Positions 1 through 9,800 of a DNA stretch of 51,736 nucleotides are shown one piece after another. The stretch comes from Bacilli bacterium (GTDB lineage Bacteria; Bacillota_I; Bacilli_A; RF39; UBA660), in NCBI GenBank assembly GCA_017432665.1, contig JAFRIS010000019.1, positions 1 through 51,736 of the forward strand, given 5' to 3'. Every line of letters starts with the position of its first letter. Positions within the stretch are counted from its first letter, which is position 1. The notes below the pieces were generated by a model. That model was not told the DNA's origin. It was given only the letters and a program-made list of their open reading frames with translations, and did not search any database. Made by a program: the position numbers and the translations under genes.

Positions 1-2453
1 CCACATGGACAAGGATCATTTCTACCTATCTTTTGTACTCTTTTAGGCTTTCTTTTGATAGGTGTTTCTTCTGAATCATTTGTTATCATTTTAGTTTTGT
101 TTTCTTGTCTTTCTAAGTTTTGTCTTATTTCTGCTTTTAATAACATAATTGATACATCTTTATCAACTTTTTGTAACATAGCATCAAACATATCAAAACC
201 TTCCATAGTATAAGCTCTTAATGGATCTTCTTGAGCATATCCTCTCAAATGAATACCTTCTCTTAAATGAGACATTGTATTGATATGTTCAGTCCAATAA
301 TTATCTAATACTTGAAGAGTAATTACTTTTTCAAATTCATCTGTTACTTCTCTTGGAATATCTTCCAATTTCTTTTCATATTCATCTATTACTCTTTTTG
401 ATAAGAAATCTATTAACTCAGGCGCTTCTAAACCAGCAATATCAGCTTTTTTAAGGTCTTTTCTCAATAAGTTTTCATTGGCAAATTCTCTTATTTCTTC
501 ATGATCTTCTTCAGTTAAGAATCCTTCTGGTGCTAAATGAGAATTAACTAAATCTTCAATGTGATGTCTAAATGTAGATAAAATCATTTCATGAATAGAT
601 TCATTATCTAAAATTTTATTTCTTTTATCATAAATAATCTCTCTTTGATTATTCATTACATCGTCATATTGTAGTAAGTTTTTACGAATATCAAAGTTAT
701 TTCCTTCAACTCTTTTTTGAGCAGTTCCAACTGATTTAGTAAATGTCTTAGATTGAATAGAATTATCACCAAATCCCATGTTTTCCATCATTGTACCAAT
801 TCTATCAGAACCAAATCTTACCATTAAATCATCTTTCATTGAGACAAAGAATTGTGTATATCCAGGATCTCCTTGACGACCAGAACGTCCACGTAACTGA
901 TTATCAATACGACGAGATTCATGTCTTTCAGTACCTACTACACATAATCCACCTAAAGCTCTTGTTTCATCTGATAATTTAATATCTGTACCACGACCAG
1001 CCATATTAGTAGCAATAGTTACTGATTTATTTAAACCAATCTTGGAAATAATTTCTGCTTCTCTTTCATGATTCTTAGCATTTAATATTTCATGTGGTAT
1101 TTTTGCTTTCTTTAATAAATCACTTATTAATTCGCTTGTTTCAATAGCAATTGTACCAATAAGTACTGGTTGCCCTTTTTCATATCTTTCTTTTACGAAA
1201 TTAATGATTGCCTTATATTTAGCTTCTTTACTAGCAAATACTAAATCTGGAGCATCAATTCTTACTACTGGCATATTAGTTGGTATTTCTACAACATACA
1301 TATTATAAATATTTCTAAATTCTTCTTCTTCTGTTTTAGCAGTACCTGTCATACCAGATAATTTCTTATACATTCTGAATAAGTTTTGGAAAGTAATAGT
1401 AGCCATTGTTTTAGTTTCTTCTTCAATAGTTACTCCTTCTTTAGCTTCTATTGCTTGGTGTAATCCCTCTGAATAAGCTCTACCTTTCATTAAACGTCCA
1501 GTAAATTGATCTACTATAACTATTTCATCATCTTGAACTACATAATCTACATCTCTTCTCATAGAATAATTAGCCCTTAATGCTTGATTAATAAAATGTA
1601 ATAACTTAGCATTTTCAATATCATATAAATTATTAATATGAAACATACTTTCTGCTTTACTAGAACCACTATCAGTTAAATTAACACTTTTAGTCTTTTC
1701 ATCATAAATATAATCTTTATCTTCTTTTAATCCTTTAGCATATCTATCTGCTTGAATATATAAATTAGAATTAGCTAATTCTCCACCAGAAATAATTAAT
1801 GGTGTTCTAGCTTCATCAATTAATACCGAGTCAACCTCATCAATAATAGCAAAGTTTAATGGTCTTTGAACTCTGTCTTCTTTTCTCACAACCATGTTAT
1901 CTCTTAAATAGTCAAATCCTATTTCATTATTAGTAGAGTATAAGATATCACAATTATAAGCTTCCTGTTTCTCTTCTGAATTCATTTCTCTAGTATTAAC
2001 TCCTACTGTTAAACCTAGGAATTTATGAATTCCTCCCATCCACTCAGCATCACGTCCAGCTAAGTATTCATTAACTGTAATAATATGTACTCCATCACCA
2101 GTTAAAGCATTTAAATAAGCTGGTAAAACTGAAGTTAATGTTTTTCCTTCACCAGTCTTCATCTCAGCAATATTACCATAATGGATTGCTAAACCACCTA
2201 AAATCTGTACATAAAAATGTTTCTCACCTATAACACGAAATGCTGCCTCTCTAGCAGTAGCAAAAGCTTCTACTAATATATCATCTAGTGTTTCACCGTT
2301 TTTTAATCTATCTTTAAACTCTTCTGTTTTATTTTGTAACTCTGTATCAGTTAATTTAGAATATTCTTCATCTAAAGCCATTACTTTATCAGCAATTTTT
2401 CTAAATCTTTTTAATTCACGATACTCATGATCAAATACTTTTAATATACTCAT
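1..2453 (-). CDS. secA: Preprotein translocase ATPase SecA; C-terminal end cut by window edge
   Basis: Absent from the ORF track because it is open at the edge. Reverse translation from the ATG at 2453 gives MSILKVFDHEYRELKRF. It contains AEMKTGEGKT (Walker A) and AIIDEVDSVLIDEARTP. It ends in NDPCPCG at nt 1-20, the start of the C-terminal zinc motif. Confidence 0.95.
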   Translation of the reverse strand, partial: MSILKVFDHEYRELKRFRKIADKVMALDEEYSKLTDTELQNKTEEFKDRLKNGETLDDILVEAFATAREAAFRVIGEKHFYVQILGGLAIHYGNIAEMKTGEGKTLTSVLPAYLNALTGDGVHIITVNEYLAGRDAEWMGGIHKFLGLTVGVNTREMNSEEKQEAYNCDILYSTNNEIGFDYLRDNMVVRKEDRVQRPLNFAIIDEVDSVLIDEARTPLIISGGELANSNLYIQADRYAKGLKEDKDYIYDEKTKSVNLTDSGSSKAESMFHINNLYDIENAKLLHFINQALRANYSMRRDVDYVVQDDEIVIVDQFTGRLMKGRAYSEGLHQAIEAKEGVTIEEETKTMATITFQNLFRMYKKLSGMTGTAKTEEEEFRNIYNMYVVEIPTNMPVVRIDAPDLVFASKEAKYKAIINFVKERYEKGQPVLIGTIAIETSELISDLLKKAKIPHEILNAKNHEREAEIISKIGLNKSVTIATNMAGRGTDIKLSDETRALGGLCVVGTERHESRRIDNQLRGRSGRQGDPGYTQFFVSMKDDLMVRFGSDRIGTMMENMGFGDNSIQSKTFTKSVGTAQKRVEGNNFDIRKNLLQYDDVMNNQREIIYDKRNKILDNESIHEMILSTFRHHIEDLVNSHLAPEGFLTEEDHEEIREFANENLLRKDLKKADIAGLEAPELIDFLSKRVIDEYEKKLEDIPREVTDEFEKVITLQVLDNYWTEHINTMSHLREGIHLRGYAQEDPLRAYTMEGFDMFDAMLQKVDKDVSIMLLKAEIRQNLERQENKTKMITNDSEETPIKRKPKRVQKIGRNDPCPC

Positions 2454-2483
2454 ATGTATCATCTCCTTCAAATACATATTTTA

Positions 2484-2522
2484 TCAAAAAAAAAAGAGAA
2501 TTTAAAGTATTATTCTCTTTTT
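2484..2522 (-). terminator. Intrinsic terminator after hpf
   Basis: Minus strand reads AAAGAGAAT, a 10-nt loop, ATTCTCTTT, then a long U run, just downstream of the hpf stop. Confidence 0.75.
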
Positions 2523-2527
2523 ATTAA

Positions 2528-3064
2528 TTATTCTGATTCGATAATTCCGTAATTCTCATCTTTTCTTTTATATATTACAGCAAAGTTATCTGTATCAGCA
2601 TCTTTAAACATAAAGAATTCGTGCCCTAGTAATTCCATTTGAAGAATAGCTTCTTCTTCACTCATTGGTTTTACTTCTACACTCTTTCTTTTTACTATTT
2701 TATGTTCTTCTTTATCTTTTTCATCATCAAAATCAATTGATGCAAAGTTAAAATCATAGCTAGGCTTAGATTGTCTAGCCATTAATCTAGTCTTATTCTT
2801 TCTGATTTGTCTTTCAAGCTTATCAATTGTCTTATCAACTGATGCATAAAAGTCCTCTCTAGTTTCTTCTGATCTTAAAATAATTGTTTTCAATGGTATG
2901 GTAATTTCTACAGTTTGCTCGTGACCTTTTACTTTAACTATGACGTTTGCGCGAACATTTTCGCTATTTTCTAGATATTTATCTAATTTTTCTAATTTCT
3001 CTTCAATATATTCACTCATAGCTTTAGTAACTTTGATCTTATCTCCATGAATAATAATTTCCAT
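2528..3064 (-). CDS. hpf: Ribosome hibernation promoting factor, long form (HPF/YvyD)
   Basis: 178 aa starting MEIIIHGDKIKVTKAMSEYIEEKLEKLDKYL, with the C-terminal dimerisation domain EEAILQMELLGHEFFMF. It lies directly upstream of secA as in B. subtilis. A TGCTATACT extended -10 lies upstream. Confidence 0.9.
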   Translation of the reverse strand: MEIIIHGDKIKVTKAMSEYIEEKLEKLDKYLENSENVRANVIVKVKGHEQTVEITIPLKTIILRSEETREDFYASVDKTIDKLERQIRKNKTRLMARQSKPSYDFNFASIDFDDEKDKEEHKIVKRKSVEVKPMSEEEAILQMELLGHEFFMFKDADTDNFAVIYKRKDENYGIIESE

Positions 3065-3112
3065 ACTATCCCTCCTTTATACTCATAGTATAGCACAACA
3101 ATATTAAAAAAA

Positions 3113-3838
3113 CTACTTTTTATAGATAGTAATTGTTTCAATATAATAATTATCTATTATTTCTTGTTTTTCCTCTAACCATCTATTTCTATCAATAATT
3201 TTTTTCAAAAAATAAAGTCCTATACCATGATTTTTCCCCTTAGTTGTTATTCCTTTTTCAAATCTATTATTAACTATACTACTTCTTTTAAAAGTATTGG
3301 ATATAACTATATTAACTTTATCTTTTAATTCATATATTTCTAGAACAATATTTTTCTTTCTGCTTATTTTAGCTGCATCTATAGCATTATCATATATTAT
3401 TCCTATGACTTTAGTTAAAATAGATATTTGCCTATTATTAAGCTTTTCTATTATGCTTTTATCATTAATATTTATAGATATTTCAACATTAATTTTATTT
3501 TTTTGAGCAACAATAGTTTTATAATAGATAATTCCTTTTAAGGCTCCTTTAGGGAAATCTTTTAGTTTTATAACTATCTCATTATTAATACTAATGTTTT
3601 CATTTATTATCTCTTTAATTTTAGTTTTTACTTCTTTTTCATTTGATAATTCAAATAATACTGCTAATTGATTCTTATATTCATGTCTAATAAATTGTTC
3701 TCTTTCTATCCATTCTCCAAATTTTTGAATATCAACAAGTAACATATTATATTCTTGCGATAATCTATTATATTTATTTCTATAATTAGTATATATTAGC
3801 ACTATAAATACAAGACCAATAATCCTTATTATTAGCAC
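3113..3838 (-). CDS. Orphan single-TM GHKL histidine kinase-like protein (AgrC/ComD-type core)
   Basis: GTG start behind AAGGAG. There is one N-terminal TM helix (IIRIIGLVFIVLIYT). H-box-like FIRHEYKNQL, N-box IIYDNAIDAA and G-box KGKNHGIGLYFLKKI are present. No response regulator is adjacent. Confidence 0.6.
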   Translation of the reverse strand: MLIIRIIGLVFIVLIYTNYRNKYNRLSQEYNMLLVDIQKFGEWIEREQFIRHEYKNQLAVLFELSNEKEVKTKIKEIINENISINNEIVIKLKDFPKGALKGIIYYKTIVAQKNKINVEISININDKSIIEKLNNRQISILTKVIGIIYDNAIDAAKISRKKNIVLEIYELKDKVNIVISNTFKRSSIVNNRFEKGITTKGKNHGIGLYFLKKIIDRNRWLEEKQEIIDNYYIETITIYKK

Positions 3839-3924
3839 TTTACCTATCTCCTTTTTGAGATACGCAATATAATATAAGACTTAAATTATATTCACACATC
3901 TATTATTAGAATATCATTATTTTT

Positions 3925-3954
3925 TGTAAATTAAAAGAACACCTTTGTGTTCTT
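3925..3954 (-). terminator. Intrinsic terminator after tagO
   Basis: Minus strand reads AAGAACAC-AAAG-GTGTTCTT then TTTAATTT. The stem overlaps the tagO stop codon. Confidence 0.7.
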
Positions 3955-5023
3955 AATTTTTATGAAATAATCTTTTCTTTTTGATATTACTTTTATCATA
4001 AATAATAGTAGTATGAAGTACAAACCAAATAACTATGATAAAGATTATAATATATAGAATTTGCCCAATAATTGGATCCTTTAATGTATAGAAAATTGAT
4101 GCCGCTGCGAAAAGAATATTAATTGCATAAATTATTAAAACTGTAGTTCTCTGTGAGAAATTCATTCCTAATAATTGATGATGTAAATGTTCTTTATCTG
4201 CTTTAAACGGCGGTTGTCCTTTTAATAATCTTCTAATAATAGCAAATAATGTATCTAATATTGGTATTCCTAGGATTGTTACTGGCACGAAGAACGATAT
4301 TAAAGCCGGTCCTTTAAACTCTAACAATGTTATTACAGCAATAATAAAGCCTAAGAATGTTACACAGTCACCAGCAAATATCTTAGCTGGATAAAAATTA
4401 TGTACTAAGAAACCTAAAGTAGCTCCTAACATAATTAATGTTAAAACCATAACTAAACTTCCTGCTCTTCCTTGATAGAATCCAATAATGGCAATAGTAA
4501 TAAAGAAAATAGTACATATTCCACCACTTAGTCCATCAAGGCCATCGATTAAGTTAATTATATTAGTACACGCTACAATAAATAAAATTGTAATTGGATA
4601 AGCCAAAATACCGAAATCAAAAGAAAATCCAAAAGCAGTAATATTATTTAATAATATTCCACCATAGAAAACTATTACCATTGCAGCTGCTAAATGTCCT
4701 AGTAATTTATATAAAGCTCTGATTGATCTAATATCATCAATAATACCTGTTAGAATGATAATAAAACTACCTATCAAGATTGAATTCATTCTAATACTTT
4801 GTTCTCCAAAAAGCATATATCCTAATAGAAAAGATAAGAATATTCCTAAAGCTCCTAATTTAGGAGTTATTTTTTTATGAATATGTCTATGACCTTCTTC
4901 AGTTCTAGGTACATCTAAAGCTCCTATATGATTGGCAATTTTTTTCATTAAGAACATGATAGCAGCTGAAAACAAAAAAGTAATTAAAACTATCTTAGAA
5001 GCTGCTAATATTTGTAATTTCAT
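3953..5023 (-). CDS. tagO: Glycosyltransferase family 4, undecaprenyl-phosphate GlcNAc-1-phosphate transferase (TagO/WecA-like)
   Basis: 356-aa polytopic membrane protein with the MraY/WecA motif NLIDGLDGLSGG and a HHxLL segment (KEHLHHQLLGM). Confidence 0.85.
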   Translation of the reverse strand: MKLQILAASKIVLITFLFSAAIMFLMKKIANHIGALDVPRTEEGHRHIHKKITPKLGALGIFLSFLLGYMLFGEQSIRMNSILIGSFIIILTGIIDDIRSIRALYKLLGHLAAAMVIVFYGGILLNNITAFGFSFDFGILAYPITILFIVACTNIINLIDGLDGLSGGICTIFFITIAIIGFYQGRAGSLVMVLTLIMLGATLGFLVHNFYPAKIFAGDCVTFLGFIIAVITLLEFKGPALISFFVPVTILGIPILDTLFAIIRRLLKGQPPFKADKEHLHHQLLGMNFSQRTTVLIIYAINILFAAASIFYTLKDPIIGQILYIIIFIIVIWFVLHTTIIYDKSNIKKKRLFHKN

Positions 5024-5061
5024 AGTATTTCACTTCTTTCTAATAAAATTATATCAAAATA

Positions 5062-5092
5062 AGAAAAAAAAAACCAATTTTTATTGGTTTTC
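5062..5092 (-). terminator. Intrinsic terminator after mreB
   Basis: Minus strand reads AAACCAAT-AAAA-ATTGGTTT followed by about 11 U. The stop codon lies in the hairpin. Confidence 0.8.
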
Positions 5093-6076
5093 TTCTAATA
5101 ATTTTATGTTGTTTAGTAATATTCCTGTTCCTTCAGCTACACAAGTAAGTGGTGTTTCTGCTATTAATACAGGTATTGTTAATTCTTCTTCTAGCACTTC
5201 AATTAATCCTGTTAGTAATGACCCTCCGCCTGTTAGAATTACACCTTTTTCCACAATGTCTGCGGATAATTCTGGTGGAGTCTTCTCTAAAACATTTTTG
5301 CATTCTTTAACTATTTTTTTGATTCCTTCTTCCATTGCTACTTTAGTTTCATCCTGAGTTATTTCAATAGCTTTTGGAAGTCCTGTAAGTAAATCTCTTC
5401 CTTTTACTTCTAACTTTTCTTTTTTACTTGGTTTATAAACATTCGCAAAATTAATCTTAATATCTTCAGCTGTTTTTTCTCCTATTAATAATTTATATTT
5501 TTCTTTAATATATTTAATAATTTCTTGATCTAGGGCATTACCAGCAGTTCTAACCGATGATGAAGCTACAATACCATTTAGCGATAATACAGCAATATCT
5601 GTAGTTCCTCCACCAATATCTAGTACCATGTTAGCAGTAGGTTTAGAAATATCCATTCCTGCTCCAATAGCAGCTACTTTAGGTTCTTCTTCTATATAAA
5701 CTTTTCTAGCTCCAGTTTGTTCAGCAGCTTCCCTAATAGCATTCTTTTCTACTTGTGTAATATTAGTAGGACAACAAATTAAAATTCTTGGTCTAAAGAA
5801 CAGATTACGAGCTTTAATTTTCTTGATAAAAGAATTTAGCATTATTTCGGTTAATTCAAAGTCGGCAATTACCCCATCTTTCATAGGTTTAATAGCCTTT
5901 ACTTTTTCTGGTGTTTTTCCTAACATTTCTTTTGCTTCTTCACCGACAGCAATAACACTTTTACTTTCAGTATCAATAACTACAATACTAGGTTCATTTA
6001 AAACTACTCCCCTACCTTTAACATATATTAATACATTAGCAGTACCCAAATCTATTCCTATATCTTTTGCTGGCAT
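5081..6076 (-). CDS. mreB: Rod shape-determining actin homolog MreB/Mbl
   Basis: MPAKDIGIDLGTANVLIYVKGRGVVLNEPSIV and DIGGGTTDIAV. I moved the start to the ATG at 6076 behind GGAAGGA, because the longer track start (6115) runs into the upstream terminator. Confidence 0.92.
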   Translation of the reverse strand: MPAKDIGIDLGTANVLIYVKGRGVVLNEPSIVVIDTESKSVIAVGEEAKEMLGKTPEKVKAIKPMKDGVIADFELTEIMLNSFIKKIKARNLFFRPRILICCPTNITQVEKNAIREAAEQTGARKVYIEEEPKVAAIGAGMDISKPTANMVLDIGGGTTDIAVLSLNGIVASSSVRTAGNALDQEIIKYIKEKYKLLIGEKTAEDIKINFANVYKPSKKEKLEVKGRDLLTGLPKAIEITQDETKVAMEEGIKKIVKECKNVLEKTPPELSADIVEKGVILTGGGSLLTGLIEVLEEELTIPVLIAETPLTCVAEGTGILLNNIKLLEENQ

Positions 6077-6115
6077 ATTATCAGTCCTTCCATCACTTAT
6101 TTTAACATAAAACAT

Positions 6116-6141
6116 AATAAAAAAAAGAGAAAATTCTCTTT
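6116..6141 (-). terminator. Intrinsic terminator after the small membrane-protein gene
   Basis: Minus strand reads AAAGAGAA-TT-TTCTCTTT then TTTTTATT. Confidence 0.6.
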
Positions 6142-6338
6142 TAAATAAACTTTATTGAATTAAACAAATCCATTATAAAATTAGTTACTAAATAAATTAG
6201 TGATACTCCTAATAGAAAATAGAATACTGTCGCTTGAACAACTTTATTTTTTTTAAATATTTTATTAATATTTACTGAATCAAATGACCAAATAACTAAT
6301 ACTGTAACTACGATATATAAAAAGAATTTACCTGTCAT
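6141..6338 (-). CDS. DUF1146 (YwzB-like) small membrane protein
   Basis: 65 aa with two TM helices. SVNINKIFKKNKVVQATVFYFLL resembles B. subtilis YwzB ALNIEKLIKPNRVVQARLL as I recall it. Confidence 0.65.
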   Translation of the reverse strand: MTGKFFLYIVVTVLVIWSFDSVNINKIFKKNKVVQATVFYFLLGVSLIYLVTNFIMDLFNSIKFI

Positions 6339-6777
6339 TGCTATTTTCCTCGTACTCAGTTATTTTATTGATTCTTCTCATATGTTTTTCTAAATTAGAA
6401 AACGGTGTATTAATAAAAGTCTTTACTATTTCTACTGCTTCTTCTTTAGGCGTTTTTTCTCCAAAAGCAACTATATTTGAATCATTATCTTCTCTAGTAT
6501 ATTTTGCTTCTTCACTATTAGATACTTTAGCACAACGTACTCCTTTTACTTTGTTACAAGCAATACTAATACCTATACCAGATCCACAAATAGCTACTCC
6601 AAAGTCTGCTCCTCCAGTTTTTATTAATTCTCCTAACATAAAAGCGTAATCAGGATAATCTACTGAGTCTTCATAATCAGTCCCTAAATCAATTACTTCA
6701 TATTCTTTTTCTAATTCTTTTTTTAAATACTCTTTTAATTTATATCCTCTATGATCATTAGCAATACCTATCTTCAT
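6328..6777 (-). CDS. rpiB: Ribose-5-phosphate isomerase B
   Basis: MKIGIANDHRGYKLKEYL and CGSGIGISIACNK. The start is set at the ATG at 6777 behind GGGTGG. Confidence 0.9.
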   Translation of the reverse strand: MKIGIANDHRGYKLKEYLKKELEKEYEVIDLGTDYEDSVDYPDYAFMLGELIKTGGADFGVAICGSGIGISIACNKVKGVRCAKVSNSEEAKYTREDNDSNIVAFGEKTPKEEAVEIVKTFINTPFSNLEKHMRRINKITEYEENSNDR

Positions 6778-6793
6778 TTTACCACCCATCTAA

Positions 6794-6802
6794 ATTATAA
6801 CA
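6794..6802 (-). promoter_or_regulatory. Extended -10 (TGTTATAAT) upstream of rpiB
   Basis: Exact TGTTATAAT on the minus strand between the terminator of the giant gene and the rpiB SD. The resulting leader would be very short. Confidence 0.5.
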
Positions 6803-6805
6803 TAA

Positions 6806-6838
6806 ACCAAATAAAAAGAAACAGAAACCTGTTTCTTT
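6806..6838 (-). terminator. Intrinsic terminator of the 1018-aa gene
   Basis: Minus strand reads AAAGAAACAG-GTTT-CTGTTTCTTT then TTTATTT, starting 4 nt after the stop. Confidence 0.85.
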
Positions 6839-6841
6839 ATA

Positions 6842-9800
6842 TTATTTATATAGCCATCTATAAGTTGAACTACATCCTGTGCTTGCTGCACCCCAACCTG
6901 TCCATTGTGAGCCACATGCATATCCACAACAGCCAACATCAGTACACTTAACACTACGCGCTCCAAAATGTTCGTCCCTACACTTTTTACACTTATTTAC
7001 TGTTACTGAACAACAACACCAACAACTATCTGCATATTTACCACAAATAGTACAGCCACTCTTCTTGCATGCTGTATAACTTGCTTTAGTAGTACATTTC
7101 CTTGACGTACTTGATGACATACCACACCACGTACAACTTGTGCCTTCTTTCCATTTTTTCTTCTTTTTACCGCAGCAAGTATTTGTACAAGTAGCAGCAA
7201 CATTCTTCTTAATATATTTATATTGTTTGTATGCCGTTATATTTACTGTACATGTCATAGAATTACCAACATTATCTTTGACCGTATAACTCTTATCTTT
7301 CTTTAATCCTGTATCCTTATGATCACTTCCACCTGGACAAGATACTACTCCTGATCCCCCATGATCACCACAACTATATTTTACCGTTACTCCATCTGTA
7401 GTATTTTGATGTGATTTATCTTTACTACAACTTGGTTTTTGCAAATCAACATAGATTTGAGCAGTGAAAGCAGCACAAGTTCGTACATTATCTGCATTAT
7501 CATAAATATTAAGGGCACCATAGTCTTTAGTTTTATAAGTATGCCCTGATTGAGCAAATGATTCAGAAAAGTAAACAGTTTTTTTACAACCACTATTTTT
7601 TACACTACTTGCAGAATCACGGCATTCACGAGTTATAGTTGTTCCTTTTCTACGCCAACTGCTACTTTGTCCACCTATATAGCAAGTTGGTTTTTTATAA
7701 TCTGAGTGAACTGTTTTATTAGCTGCACAAGTTCGTACATTTCCAGCCAAATCTTTAACAGAACCTCCAGCTCCTAGTCCATCAGCTCCAGCATTACTAA
7801 CATATAATTCTTTGTTATAAGTTCCATTGGATGGACTTCCATATATTGTAGAGAAAGTAGTTCTTCCTGTACATCCACTATTTTTATTTGATGCAGTCTC
7901 TTCACAAGTGGCTGTAACTGTAACTGTTTCTTGATTTCCAGATGAATCAAGTCCTATCCATCCAGCAGAATTTTCTCCTGGTGCAGTTTTTACTACATTA
8001 CATTTAGGCAATGTATAATCTACCCATACCTTTGTTACATCTGAAGGAGTTGATATATTACCAGCATTATCAACTGTTCTAAATGATATTTCATTTTTTC
8101 CTTCCAAATCTGTATTAAATAATATTGATCCTCCATTTTTGTTTGTAACACTTTTTGATGAATCATATTTTGCATCGATAGTATGTTCAAAACGATTCCA
8201 TCCAGACAAGTCTTCATCTAAAGTTTGATCCCATAAATCTGCTCCTCTATCTTTCTTATTGTTGTCACTTATAACAGTAGCAGAAGCAAATTGAACTTTT
8301 GACCAGTTACCACCTGCAGTTGGTGTATAGTTACTATATTCTACTTTAGGTGTCTTTGGCGGAGTTTTATCAATATTAGCTTTTATTCTCAATGTAACTG
8401 TGTTTCCTGCTTTATCTTTAACTGTTAATAATCCTTGTCTTCTTCCTTCTTTATTGAATCCAACTAAAATTACTTTCTTCTTAGTTCCACAGTTTCCCTT
8501 CCATTCTTCTGTTGAAACGGTAGAGGCATATCTATCATAAGCAGTTCCTGTACCTAATGTGCCATACACATCAGTATTAGGATTAGTAACATATGGTACA
8601 TTAGTTTCCCATTTCCAACTATCTAAGTGAATATTATCTGATATTTCTATTTTATAAATTACTCCATTTGGATATCTAGCATTATTCATCCAACCACCAA
8701 TTAAGTTATCATATTCACTAGTTTCTATAGTTCCGGTTCTAGATGAAGTATCATCATTAATTACCAAAGTTCCTTTAGAATAAGTATTTGTTGTATTTTC
8801 CTGTTTTCCATCTGCAGTTGATTTATAAGCTCCTAGAACATTTATTGTAGGTAGAGTTTTATCTACATTAACTTTTACACGACAACTATCTGGTGTAGGA
8901 TCTAAGTCACAAATACTATATTCATCTAATAGACTTCCTTGCAAGTTAAAATTTCCTGCATTATCCTGAACTTGAATATATCCATATTCAGCATCTGGTT
9001 GATGAGTATTTGGCCATGTTCTAGCAAATGTTGGTCTTATACAACCACTTCCATTACCATCATCACAAGTAACAGTTATAGTTCTACTCTTTTCTGGACT
9101 ATCTTTATTAATCCATGTATCTGATTCTCCAACTTTTTTATTAGTACATTTAGGATTATCAGGATCTTTTAATGTTCCTTGAGAAGGTGATTTTTCAATC
9201 ATACAACCTTTTTCATTAGTAACTTCTACTCTTGCACTAATATAGGTAGCAGTTGTAACATCTATATATTCACTAATTGGTCTAGTAACAGTTATATATT
9301 CCTCACCATTACCATTTAAAGCTCCAGAATTATATGCTTCATGTAAATCTGGTTCCCCTTCAGTTTTAACATAAATTGAATAATTATAACTTAAAATTTT
9401 AAGGTCTTCTCCATTTTCATCTTCCCCACCACTTATTTTTATAAATAGTGTTGCTTCTCTAAAATTATTTAACAATATATCACTACTTATTTCTTGTAGA
9501 CTACTATCCGTAAAATATATTTGAGGTTCTGAAGGTTTTGGAGTACATTCTGTCTCTTCAGGTGGTTCACCATCACCATTTACTTCATACTTATAATGAG
9601 TATTTGTTTCTTTAGAAACAACAACATATCCTCCTCTATCTTCTTTAAGATATTTCTTTTCAGCTAAAAATTCCGCAGTTAATGTTACTTTTCCACCAAC
9701 GTTTTTTGGTAAAGCGCTTTTATTAGCTTGCATATAGCTTTCTGCAGCCATTTTTAACGTGTTTTCATACATTTCTTTGTCTTCTTTATCTGCATTATTT

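Noticed and set aside
4932-5357. 141-aa + strand ORF spanning the tagO/mreB junction. The same applies to + strand ORFs at 5823-6110, 6338-6649, 10417-10650, 34468-34800, 35605-35865, 36822-37145, 41894-42181, 43459-43935 and 44146-44385.
   Set aside because: All lie antisense to strongly supported conserved genes. They have low-complexity I/L/F/S-rich translations typical of the reverse frame of AT-rich coding DNA, and none has an SD or promoter.
6879-7203. Extra ORFs on both strands (6879-7079 + and 7003-7203 -) inside the Cys-rich tail region of the giant gene.
   Set aside because: The locally higher GC content from TGT/TGC/GGx/ACx codons removes stop codons in other frames. The main frame is continuous with the 1018-aa ORF, and the alternatives have no start signals.
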